64,000 nucleotides of DNA. Source: Octopus vulgaris (taxonomy: Eukaryota). Made by a program: the position numbers and the translations under genes. Under the pieces are notes generated by a model. It was not told the DNA's origin and ran no database searches. It was given only the letters and a program-made list of their open reading frames with translations. The stretch spans positions 129,518,001 through 129,582,000 of the forward strand of contig OX597818.1 of NCBI GenBank assembly GCA_951406725.2, in the 5' to 3' direction. This document shows positions 53,963 to 64,000 of this stretch, piece after piece. Each line of letters opens with the position of its first letter. Positions within the stretch are counted from its first letter, which is position 1.

Positions 53963-54429
53963 ACATGGAAACATTCTTGCACACATATCTAATGTAATGT
54001 TAAAAACATTTAAAAAACAATACAGAAGGAACAAATTCTAACAAACATGATAGACTAGTCAAATACTTGAAACGAGTGTGGAGTGTCTTGACATTTTGGA
54101 CATTGGTCCTTATTCAGAAAGAAAAAGAAACATTGGGAGAAAAAGAGTGAGAGCGAAAGTGGAGGAAAACGTTAAAAAAAATCAATTAAAATAAAGATGC
54201 AGGGGTGGGGTGAAGGGCTAAAAGGTGGAGGTGAATGCAATTCTATGAGTGAGGTTAAGAAGGGAGTTGGAATGGGGGCTTGTGTGCATGTGTGAAAATG
54301 AACAAAGAAGAAAAACAAAGTTGAATCAGAGAACAAAAAATTTTGAGATGGTAAAGTCCAAGATGGTGGTGGAAGAACATTGATCCAAGAAGATAAAAAC
54401 TGAAAATGTTGGAAGGTGAGACCACATGT

Positions 54430-54812
54430 AGGAGCACTCCGTCGGTTGTGACGATGAGGGTCCCAGCTGATACGATCAACGGAACAGCTTGCTCATGATA
54501 TTAACGTGCTAGTGGCTGAGCCCTCCACAGACACGTGTACCCTTAACGAAGTTCTCGGGGATATTCAGCGTGACACAGAGAGTGACAAGGCCGGCCCCTT
54601 GCAATACAGGTACAAAAGAAACAGGAAGAAAGAGCGAGAGAAAGTTGTGGTGAAAGAGTACAGCAGGGTTCACCACCATCCCCTGCCGGAACCTCATGGA
54701 GCTTTAGGTGTTTTCGCTCAATAAACACTCACAACGCCCGGTCTGGGAATCGAAACCGCGATCCTCCGACCGCGAGTCTGCTGCCCTAACCACTGGGCCA
54801 TTGCGCCTCCAC
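54430..54812 (-). mobile_element. SINE family C, tail type 3, with 12-bp TSD
   Basis: TSD gagaccacatgt (54418-54429) / gagaccacacgt (54813-54824). Confidence 0.92.
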
Positions 54813-55099
54813 GAGACCACACGTGCACACTGGAACAACAGAAAATGGTCAAGTTGAAGGAGGACTGTATAAAAGTCTTCTTGTTTTTAGAGGAGAGCTA
54901 AGGAAAAAGGAGAGGAAAGCAAAGGAAGCATGTCTGCATGGGCGTGTGGGAGGGTGCGAATAGATATAGAATTAGCAGCGGTCAAGTGACAAGTGGAAGA
55001 GGGAGAGAGTAAAAGTGAGAGAGTCAAAGATGTGAATCAAAACACATTTTGTCAAAGAGCGGATGCTTGGATGTTAGTGTGGGGGTTAGGTAGAGGTAT

Positions 55100-55447
55100 G
55101 GTGGCTGTAGGAGACAGGTCTTATGTAGGAGAAAAGGGTAAAAAGGAGAGGGGTGAGACACAGGTGTATAATTTGGAAGCAGGCAGTTGGTGGACTGGGG
55201 TAAGAATGCAGGTAGGTAAACTGAGTAAGTGTTCCCTCTAGAAACGAGAGGTGAGAGATTCCATGTTTGTTGGGGTTAGGTGGCTGTAGGAGACAGGTCA
55301 CATGTAGGAGAGAGGGTAAAAGGGAGTGTGGTGAGACACAGGTGTATAATTTGGAAGCAGGCAGTTGGTGGACTGGGGTAAGAATGCAGGTAGGTAAACT
55401 GAGTAAGTGTTCCCTTTAGAAATGAGAGATGAGAGATTCCATGTTTG
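55100..55447. repeat. Tandem duplication of about 180 bp
   Basis: gtggctgtaggagacaggtc...gagattccatgtttg at about 55101 and 55280. Confidence 0.92.
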
Positions 55448-55802
55448 AAGCCAAAGTTAAGGACTAATATGTGTAGGGTGGAGTGGTCAATAAGATGGAA
55501 AGGTGGAATGACAGGTGATCTGGATGTCTTTGAGGTGCTTTGTAAATCTATTGGAGATTTGGTAGCCATTTTGTCTGATGTAAATTGAACTGCAAATGGA
55601 ATACTGGAACACTTAAATAACTTTGATAGAAGTGCAGTAGAAAGTGTCCTTAGCATGAAGAGTGGTGTTGAAAAGAAATGGGCAGATGTGACAACCACAA
55701 TGAGTAAACGAACTTGTCATGTGTTGAGCCTGAGCCTCTAAGTTGTGATTGCACATCCACTTTTCTATGCTTGCATTTGTCAGATGGAGTTTACTGAGGC
55801 AG

Positions 55803-56082
55803 ATTTTATTTAATTTGCTTTAGGGGAAGGACCGTTTTAACGAAGTTATGTCTTGTCCCTACCTTCAAAATGTGGAGTAGATAAAACAGGGGACAACTGA
55901 TGAAGAGAATGTTCTCTATGTTGCCTGTCTCATTTCTCTATTTGTTTCTTTCGTTGTTCAGAAAAAAAGTTTGTTTTCTATGTTTTTGTTTTTTATGTTC
56001 TCGTTTCTCATTTTGTTCATGTTTTTTGATGTCCTGTACCCATATATGCATGTACATATACATATATATGTAGGTATGTACA

Positions 56083-56085
<3 letters not shown>
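55803..56085 (+). mobile_element. (TA)n-terminated element family (longer copy 60225-60775, distant copy 39335-39670)
   Basis: Shared ttaatttgcttt..gaaggac..ggggacaactgatgaag..gatgtcctgtacccatatatgcatg; possibly a PLE 3' end. Confidence 0.7.
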
Positions 56086-56136
<51 letters not shown>

Positions 56137-56137
<1 letters not shown>

Positions 56138-56446
56138 GGTAAAGACTTCCTTCAGTCATCAATGACCATGGGATTGCACCTAGAAAGTTGTTTTATGTAA
56201 GACCAGCAGTCACCCATGCATACCAGCTTCCCCTCTCCACACCGCCACTAATGTTATCCAAGGGAAAGGCAAAGGCCTATACAGCTTGGCACCTGTGACA
56301 TCGCAACTCGCTTCTACAGCTGAGTGAACTGGAGCAACATGAAATAAAGTGTCTTGCTCAAGAACACAACATACAATCCAGTCCAGGAATTGAACTCACT
56401 ACCTTATGATTGTGACCCCAATGCTCTAACTGCTGAGCCATGAGCC

Positions 56447-56451
<5 letters not shown>
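56137..56451 (-). mobile_element. SINE family D
   Basis: Homology to 2663-3016. Confidence 0.88.
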
Positions 56452-56485
<34 letters not shown>

Positions 56486-56814
56486 TTATATGTATATATT
56501 TATATGTATATATTTATATGTACACACAGACATGCATATATGAAAAAAGAGGTAGACAGATATATCAATAGACAAAGAGACAGAGGGATAGTTATCAGAA
56601 TATAAAAGTAAATACTCAAAAGTTCAAAAAAAAGTAATATATATTGAGAAATAATCTTATTATTAACACTGCTGTGTCTTAAAAAAACTTGGATTCACTT
56701 GTGGTGTGTTCTGAGCAATAACTTCCATTAATTTCTCTTTCAGTACATGTTTATTAATATTTCAAGCCTCATTAGGTAAGAAAATTAGCTAATTTGTTTC
56801 CATGTTAGAATATG

Positions 56815-57104
56815 TGGAGGCATATGGCCTGGTGGTTAGAGCAGCGGACTCGCGGTCGAGGGATCGCAGGCTCGGATCTCAGACTGGGCGATGTGTGTGT
56901 TTATGAGTGAAACACCTAAGCTCCACGTGGCTCCAGCAGAAGGTAACGGCGAACTTCTGCTGACTCTTTTGCCACAACTTTCTCTCACTCTTTCTTCCTG
57001 CATCTTGCAGCTCACCTGTGATGGACTGGCATCCCGTCCAGGTGGGGAACCTATACACCAAGGAAACCGGCCCTTATGAGCCAGGTATGGCTCGAGAAGG
57101 AACA
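56815..57104 (+). mobile_element. SINE family C, tail type 2
   Basis: Family C head; tail cctgtgatggactggcatcccgtccagg. Confidence 0.88.
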
Positions 57105-57248
57105 AACATGTAAGAATATGAAGATATTACAAGTGTAAGATGTTAACCATGTTAAGCAATAGTAATTCCAGCTTATAAGAATCTTGTATGCAGTCACTCA
57201 ACCTGCAAGAAATAGCAACTAAATCTTCCCCAACCTATCATTTATATA

Positions 57249-57470
57249 CAAGGGGGTGCTGTAAAGTTCCTGGCTTTAAGGGTATCATGAAAGACCTGGT
57301 TGGAGGCACAACCTTCTGAGTTCTTTTACAGGGCTTAGAAAAACTGAAGGACTGCTGCAATAAATGTGTGAATCTGAGAGGGGAATGTGCTGACTAAAAT
57401 CATAATTAATTGATTCTATCCGCCTGTATTTTCTTTTACTCAAAGCCAGGAACTTTTCAGCACCCCTTCG
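57249..57470 (+). mobile_element. Mariner-derived MITE, both TIRs, TA TSD
   Basis: TA-caagggggtgctgtaaagttcctggcttt ... aaagccaggaacttttcagcaccccttcg-TA; body reads FFYRA*KKLKDCCNKCVNLRGEC, like a mariner transposase C-terminus. Confidence 0.87.
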
Positions 57471-59192
57471 TATATGCAGTCACTCAACCTGCAAGAAATA
57501 GCAACTAAATCTTCTTCAACCTATACGCTACTGTTTATATATATGTGAAAGAGAGCTCATTGGATAATGCAGTCTCTGATACACTATGGTTGGATAAAAT
57601 TCAGGAAGATCATGACCAGAAAAACCTTTGATCAATGCAATATGACTTGATGTCAAACAGCAACAATAACAACTACAAGATAGTAAAACAGGTAAGGGAT
57701 AAAGAAGGAGGGACAAAACATGAAAAATAATTGTGAAGTTGTTTTCTGACTAAAATTTAAGTTAAATAGATGCTGTGACCATCTTTCTAGAGGGGTCATT
57801 TGATGTTAGTAAAAAAGTAAAAAAAGAAAAGAAAAAATAACAAGCAAATTAAGAAAAAAAAATATTATTAAAACAAGTGATAATAATTAAGTTTCTATAC
57901 CAATGAATAGATCGACAAGCTGTTATGTGTAGTCTTACATTTAGAGTTTTAATTATTATATTTCCTGAGAAATAAACTTGAGAAGAAAAAGCAGAGAAAA
58001 CTGTTAGAAAGTTTCAGAAAGAATTTCGTTATTCTTAGAAAACAAAATATGGATACTTTGCTACAGAACATTTACTGACAAGAAATATTTTTCTCTGATC
58101 ATTCACAATGAATTTGTGAAAGATTTCATTTTATTCATGCTTTTTTTGTTGTCATTCTAACCTGAACTCTTCTTCTTTTCAACTTTACCTCTTTTCTTCA
58201 TAACTTTAGAGAAGTCAACTAAAGTGGTTGAGAGATCTGTGTTGTTTATTTATTTATGTATTCATTTTTATTTATTTTTATTTATTTATTTATTTTTTTT
58301 GGTAAATTTTTAAAAATCTAATTTAATTATTCATTAATTCATTTATTTATATATTTATTTTTAGTGAATAGAGAAGAATCAAAATGTTACATTTGGTAAA
58401 GTGTTTATTGCATTTACAGAATTCTTTGAAATGGGTTTCAAGACAATAGTTTCTTAATTATCCAAAACCATCAGACTTTTAGTAAAATGGTCGATTCTAT
58501 ATTTCTTGAAATAAGCGAGAAGGAAGATGGTGAAAAAGTAGCAGAGGGAGAGGGTGAGAGAGAAGGGTTTTGAAATAAATTTTAAATAAAGAGAATCTGT
58601 TGCTTTATGTCAATGAAAATGGTAAAAATCTGAAGAAACATAGCAGACAAAAATCTTTGAAATGAATGTTTGAGAAGAGTCACTTGGTTGATAATTGAAA
58701 GAAAACGAAGGGTAAGAAAAACAACAGCAAAGCATATGACATATTTCCTATACAACAATATGGAAGATGTCACCAGAAAGAAGGAAGGAAAAGAAGAAAG
58801 GCAAAAGAAGAAGAAGAAAAGAAGAGAAATGATAGATTGATGGATAAATTCGAAAGAACTTAACATAGAAGATTATAAAAGAAAGACAGAAGGAAATAAT
58901 GAAATAATGAACAAGAAAAGAAAAGAAAAGAAAAGGGGAGAAAGAAACAAAGTGAATAAAAGATGGAGTGAAATCAAATAATATAAAGAATGCCATCAGA
59001 TGATGCTACTGAATTCTAGAATTTCCATATATTTTACATGAACCAACATCTTCTACTTTGCTATTTTCTTATAGTATCACTGGTCACCTAGTTTGTAGTA
59101 GTTTCTGGGCAAATTCAATACAGAATTATAAAAAGGTGCATATTAATGATTTCTTTTAACTCTTTATATATATATATATATATATATATATC

Positions 59193-59673
59193 TCAAAATA
59201 AGCAACAAGAATGACTCTGGTAATTTGGTACGATCGTTTCGTACTACATCGTTTTATTAAATGTTGTAAGTATTACAATAGATTTAAAATGCCGAGTACT
59301 CATCAGCCAATTATAGAGGTTTTCCATTAATACAAAAATTTTCATATCAAGTGGCAACATTAAAAATTCAAATCCACATCTTTGTCTATATATACCTTCT
59401 CTATAATGTTGCCACTTGATATGAAAATTTTTGTATTAATGGAAAACCTCTATAATTGGCTGATGAGTACTCGGCATTTTAAATCTATTGTAATACTTAC
59501 AACATTTAATAAAACGATGTAGTACGAAACGATCGTACCAAATTACCGGAGTCATTCTTGTTGCTTATTTTGATTATAATCACCCCACGGATTTTTATGG
59601 ATAACACCATACAAAATTCTGGTGCATCTAAATTAAGTACCATATTCATTTGAATCTAAATTTTTGCTGAACT
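59193..59673 (+). mobile_element. Young fold-back hammerhead element in (TA)n: 170-bp inverted arms, 41-bp spacer, ~100-bp unique tail
   Basis: 59193-59362 is the reverse complement of 59404-59573 with one mismatch seen; (TA)n on both flanks. Confidence 0.92.
59456..59541 (+). ncRNA. Intact type I hammerhead ribozyme (mirror copy on the minus strand, about 59225-59310)
   Basis: TTGG-CTGATGA-GTACT-(49 nt)-AGTAC-GAAA-CGATCG-T-A-CCAA: full core, G10.1-C11.1 pair, palindromic stem III ACGATCGT, GUA cleavage triplet after 59537. Confidence 0.88.
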
Positions 59674-59706
<33 letters not shown>

Positions 59707-59928
59707 GCATATATATATATATATATTCTTTAATTCTTTTATTTGTTTCAGTCATTTGACTGCGGCCATGCTGGAGCACTGCCTTTAGTCGAGCGAATCG
59801 ACCCCAGGACTTATTCTTTTATCATTGTCATCATCATTTAACGTCTGCTTTCCAATGCTGGCATGGGTTGGATGGTTTGATAAGCGCTGGCAAATCAGAA
59901 CACAGTTACAAGCTCTATTATCTGTGAG

Positions 59929-59966
<38 letters not shown>

Positions 59967-60779
59967 TAGGAAAAAAACACCTTTTATCAATTCAAAATGA
60001 ATAATTAAATTACACCATCTATAAATTATATTGTGTGGAATTTGATTTAGTATTTCTAATTTGAATTCTTTTTCCTTGTAAGTTTGGATTTTATTCCCTC
60101 AATTAATAATTATTATATATATATATATATATATGAATACACACACACAAACACACATACATACATACAAATATATGTATACATGAATATGTAGATGATA
60201 TGCATGTTAGATATGATGTATGACTCTCCTCTCCCCTTCACCGTTCCCCTCCCCTCTCTCTCTCTCTTCCTCCTTGACTCTCTCATTGCTCACACATGAC
60301 CAATGGCTATCTATCTTTCTTTCTTCCACTTCCTTCCTAAAGACAAAACCTGCTTTTGCCTGTCTCTTCTCAAAGCTTGTTTTTCCAGCGTTCACCACTT
60401 AACCGCCCTCACCATTTGTTTTACTGCTTTGTTCTCACTGTCCTGTTTTTGTTGCTACTTTAACCCTCCACAAAAAATCCCAAATTTTATTTAATTTGCT
60501 TTGGAGGAAGGACTGTTTTAACGAAGTCGTGTCTTGTCCCCACTTTCGAAATGCAGAGTAAATAAAACAGGGGGACAACTGATGAAGGGATTGTTCTTTA
60601 TGTTGCCTGTCTTGTTTCTCTATTTGTTTTATTCGTTGTTTGAATAAAAGTTCGTTTTCCATACCTTTGTTTTTTATGTTCTCGTTTCTCATTTTGTCTA
60701 CGTTTTTTGATGTCCTGTACCCATATATGCATGTATATATACATATATATGTAGGCATGTACATGTATGTATGTATATA

Positions 60780-60824
<45 letters not shown>

Positions 60825-61262
60825 TGAATGTATGTACGTACATACCAACCTACTTACCTATCTATCTGGCTGCCTGTAATCCATGTATCTATCTATCTAT
60901 TTATTTCTATCTATTGATTGGCTTTTTTTTCCATGATCCCTTTTGATTGAAATTCAACCCACTTTATTTTTCTCACTTCTCCCCAAAAAGAAAAGCTCTA
61001 CTTTGTATTCAATAATACATATATTTATATATAAAATGGCTGAAATGTTACATAGATGACTTGAGTGCTAAAAGTTTTGTGAATAGCACTTATCTGAAAC
61101 TCTCAACTTTTGAGTCATGTTTCTAACTCTTCAGCTAATTAATCCATTTTTGTGTGTGTGTGATTTTATGCTTAGTTACAATTAAAACAATAAAAGACTG
61201 TACTGAATACAGCATGTATTTATTAGTTTTACAAGAAGAGAGATGACAGTGACTTCGAATGT

Positions 61263-61293
<31 letters not shown>

Positions 61294-61409
61294 TATGTAT
61301 ACACATACATACACACACGCACACACACACATATATATACTAAATTAATGTAGACAGCAATTTGCCTGTTTCACCAAAAGAGAAAACTATAATTGTCACT
61401 AAATGTGAC

Positions 61410-61628
61410 TAGGGTGTTAGAAACACCTACATTGATTGCTAGAAATAAATGCTAAAAAACTCCAGTGCTGAAGTCAAAAAACGTAATTGTTTACATATAT
61501 ACTGACAGGGGCTATCTTGGATGATTATAGCCCCTGTCAGTATATATGTATACAATTATGTGCTTTGACTTCAGCATTAGAGAATTTTAGCTCTTATTTC
61601 TAGCAATGTAGGTGTTTCTAACACCCTA
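61410..61628. repeat. Inverted repeat, ~105-bp arms, 11-bp loop, between TA/CA tracts
   Basis: tagggtgttagaaacacctacattg..ctgacaggggctat / atagcccctgtcag..caatgtaggtgtttctaacacccta. Confidence 0.92.
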
Positions 61629-61815
61629 ACCACGTTCAATGATGATTGTATGTGTGTGTGTGTGTATGTATGTATGCATGTGTATATATATATATATAGA
61701 TAGATAGATAGATATATACATACATACATACATATATATATATATAGATAGATATATACATACATATATACACATATATATATATATATATATACATACA
61801 TATATACATACATAT

Positions 61816-61846
<31 letters not shown>

Positions 61847-61863
61847 GATATATACATACATAT

Positions 61864-61911
<48 letters not shown>

Positions 61912-62021
61912 ATATTGGCAGGGCTTACTGCTAGGAAGCAGTAATTTAATTTATCTCCCTCATTATTTAAATATATATATATATATATATAGATAGATAG
62001 TTAGATACATACATACATACA

Positions 62022-62075
<54 letters not shown>

Positions 62076-62763
62076 TAAGGGTGTGAGAGAAAATGAAGTG
62101 CATGCACCCATGCTCACACACACGCACAAAGGAACTTGGGTGGGCAAACGAAAGGAAAAGTACTCTAAACGTGTAGCTCAGCGTATTTATTTGATCATGG
62201 CTGGTGATTCATTCTATCATTTCCTCACTTACGTGGATTCCTTCAGGCAATGAGAAACTTGATGTAGCAATGGAAGGAATCACCAAAATCAAAGAAATAT
62301 ATATATATATATATGTGTGTGTGTTTGTGTGTCTGTATATACACATATATGAATGTATATATATATATATGTATGTATATATATATATACGTGTGTAGCT
62401 CTGTGCATAATTCTGTGTATATACAAGTACACTTATTTCCTTGTATCCTTACATTTCCACACTTGCATACAAATTGGTGGAGTTTATATAAATTATACAA
62501 CACTGCATGTCGTTCGGAATGCTAAACACTTAACTTGATGAATTATTGCAAGTTGCCTGCATATGACATCTATGAACCCCGTCTATTAAAGACAAACAGT
62601 TATATGCTTAAAAGATAACACACCCTCTAGGAGATATACAGTGTAAAAAAAAATCAAAGAGGCTTTCAATGCAATGGTGAAAGATATCTTTCTTGGTGAC
62701 ACCCAGTACGGTCAGACATCAACAACTCATCTATGAGTAAATGAAGATGCCTTCACATTACTG

Positions 62764-63120
62764 GCATGGCTGTGTGGTGAAGAAGCTTGCTTTCCAACCA
62801 TGTCACCTTGGGTTCAGTCCCACAGCATGTAGCCTTGGGCAAGTGTCTTCTGCTACACTCCCTGGGCTAGGCAGTGCTTTGTGAATAATTTGGTTGATGG
62901 AAACAGTTTGGAACCCTGGTGTGTGTGCCTTTGTGTTTGGCCCCATCACTCTCTGGTTTTGTTTATGTACCTGGAACTTTGCAATTTGGCAAAAGAGACT
63001 AATAGAAGTTCCAGGCTTTAAAACAGTTGTACTGGGGTCAATTTGTCCAGCTAGAACCCTTCAAGGTATTACCAAGGCACGGGCATAGTTCAATGACTAA
63101 AACGAGCATGCAAAAAGAGA
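62764..63120 (+). mobile_element. SINE family A (old copy)
   Basis: Degenerate homology to family A. Confidence 0.75.
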
Positions 63121-63161
63121 AAGAAAAAAAGGGAAATTGAGGGTTGCTGGGTCTGCTAGTA

Positions 63162-63224
<63 letters not shown>

Positions 63225-63307
63225 AATTAGGGTTAAGCAACAGGTTGCTTAACCACATACCGAAAATTTAGAAATAGAGAAATTAGAAATTTAGAAATAT
63301 ACATATA

Positions 63308-63686
63308 TCTCTTTTACTCTCTTTTACTTGTTTCAGTCATTTGACTGTGGCCATGCTGGAGCACCGCCTTTAATCGAGCAACTCGACCCCGGGACTTATT
63401 CTTTTGTAATCCCAGTACTTATTCTATCGGTCTCTTTTGCCGAACCACTAAGTAACGGGGACATAAACACACCAGCATCGGTTGTCAAGCAATGCTAGGG
63501 GGACAAACACAGACACACAAACATATATATATATATATATATATATATACGACGGGCTTCTTTCAGTTTCCATCTTTCAGCCCGAGACTACAGTAGAAGA
63601 CACTTGCCCAAGGTGTCACGCAGTGGGACTGAACCCGGAACCATGTGGTTGGTAAACAAGCTACTTACCACACAGCCACTCCTGCG

Positions 63687-63689
<3 letters not shown>
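63308..63689 (-). mobile_element. SINE family A, young, with internal deletion
   Basis: Homology to family A; lacks the ccaaatccactcacaagg segment. Confidence 0.9.
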
Positions 63690-63766
<77 letters not shown>

Positions 63767-64000
63767 AAATAGAAAGATGAATAATCTTGTAGTAGATTAA
63801 TCAAAAGTTTAACCGATACCTTAGTAGCAAAAATCACAGCAGTAAACAGCACGGTTGGAGGTACAACCATATGGTGTTGCAACCGTGCGTTGGTGCGGAT
63901 AATTGAAATTAAAACATTATTGGTGAATTGAAGAAATGGAGCTGAACGCAGATTGAACAGAAATCGTTTTATTTCATTCTTCAGCCACCGGTTCTCAACA

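Larger units (their letters stand above)
54060..55705 (-). mobile_element. Decayed Penelope-like element: GIY-YIG relic (55480-55700), pyrimidine-rich 3' region, terminal hammerhead relic (54087-54119)
   Basis: Minus strand CGCHICP..DTFYCTSIKVI*VFQYSICSSIYIRQNG..NRFTKHLKDI / SPVIPPFHLIDHS resembles the PLE motif FTCTS.NVIY.I.C..C..YIG.T..RF.EH..PVA.HF...H. Downstream: ctgaata-a-GGAC-caat-GTCC-aaaatgtc. Confidence 0.7.

Noticed and set aside
60480-60600. CTGATGA and GAAA in the 39335/55803/60225 family as a hammerhead
   Set aside because: I could not close stems I-III in any permutation; kept only as an unclassified element.
491-63882. Short ORFs with poly-I/Y/K/L/H/N or YIYI/CMYV runs, and recurring peptides such as EDTCPRCHAVGLNPEPCG
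   Set aside because: Translations of microsatellites and SINE copies, not genes.

Overview
AT-rich, repeat-saturated eukaryotic DNA with no recognisable host protein-coding exon, most likely intergenic or intronic. The SINE families and microsatellite load look like an Octopus (cephalopod) genome; this rests on repeat recognition only. Contents: (i) four abundant tRNA-derived SINE families, two of them with interchangeable tails; (ii) many R4/Dong-clade REL-endonuclease LINE copies inserted in (AAT)n, including one young 5'-truncated copy with an uninterrupted ORF (8446-9987); (iii) relics of RTE and CR1/L2 LINEs, and of hAT, mariner and piggyBac-type DNA elements; (iv) a 17 x 50-bp minisatellite formed inside a SINE. 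The most interesting layer is a set of unrelated non-coding elements, mostly beside (TA)n tracts, that carry minimal type I hammerhead ribozyme (HHR) folds and often form long fold-back inverted repeats. They include a near-perfect 170-bp-arm palindrome with an intact HHR on each strand (59193-59573), a head-to-head tRNA-head/(AAT)n/HHR element (47945-48562), and a decayed GIY-YIG Penelope-like element (PLE) ending in an HHR (54060-55705). Almost all ORFs in the supplied track are microsatellite or SINE read-through. Coordinates were read by eye and may be off by a few bases.
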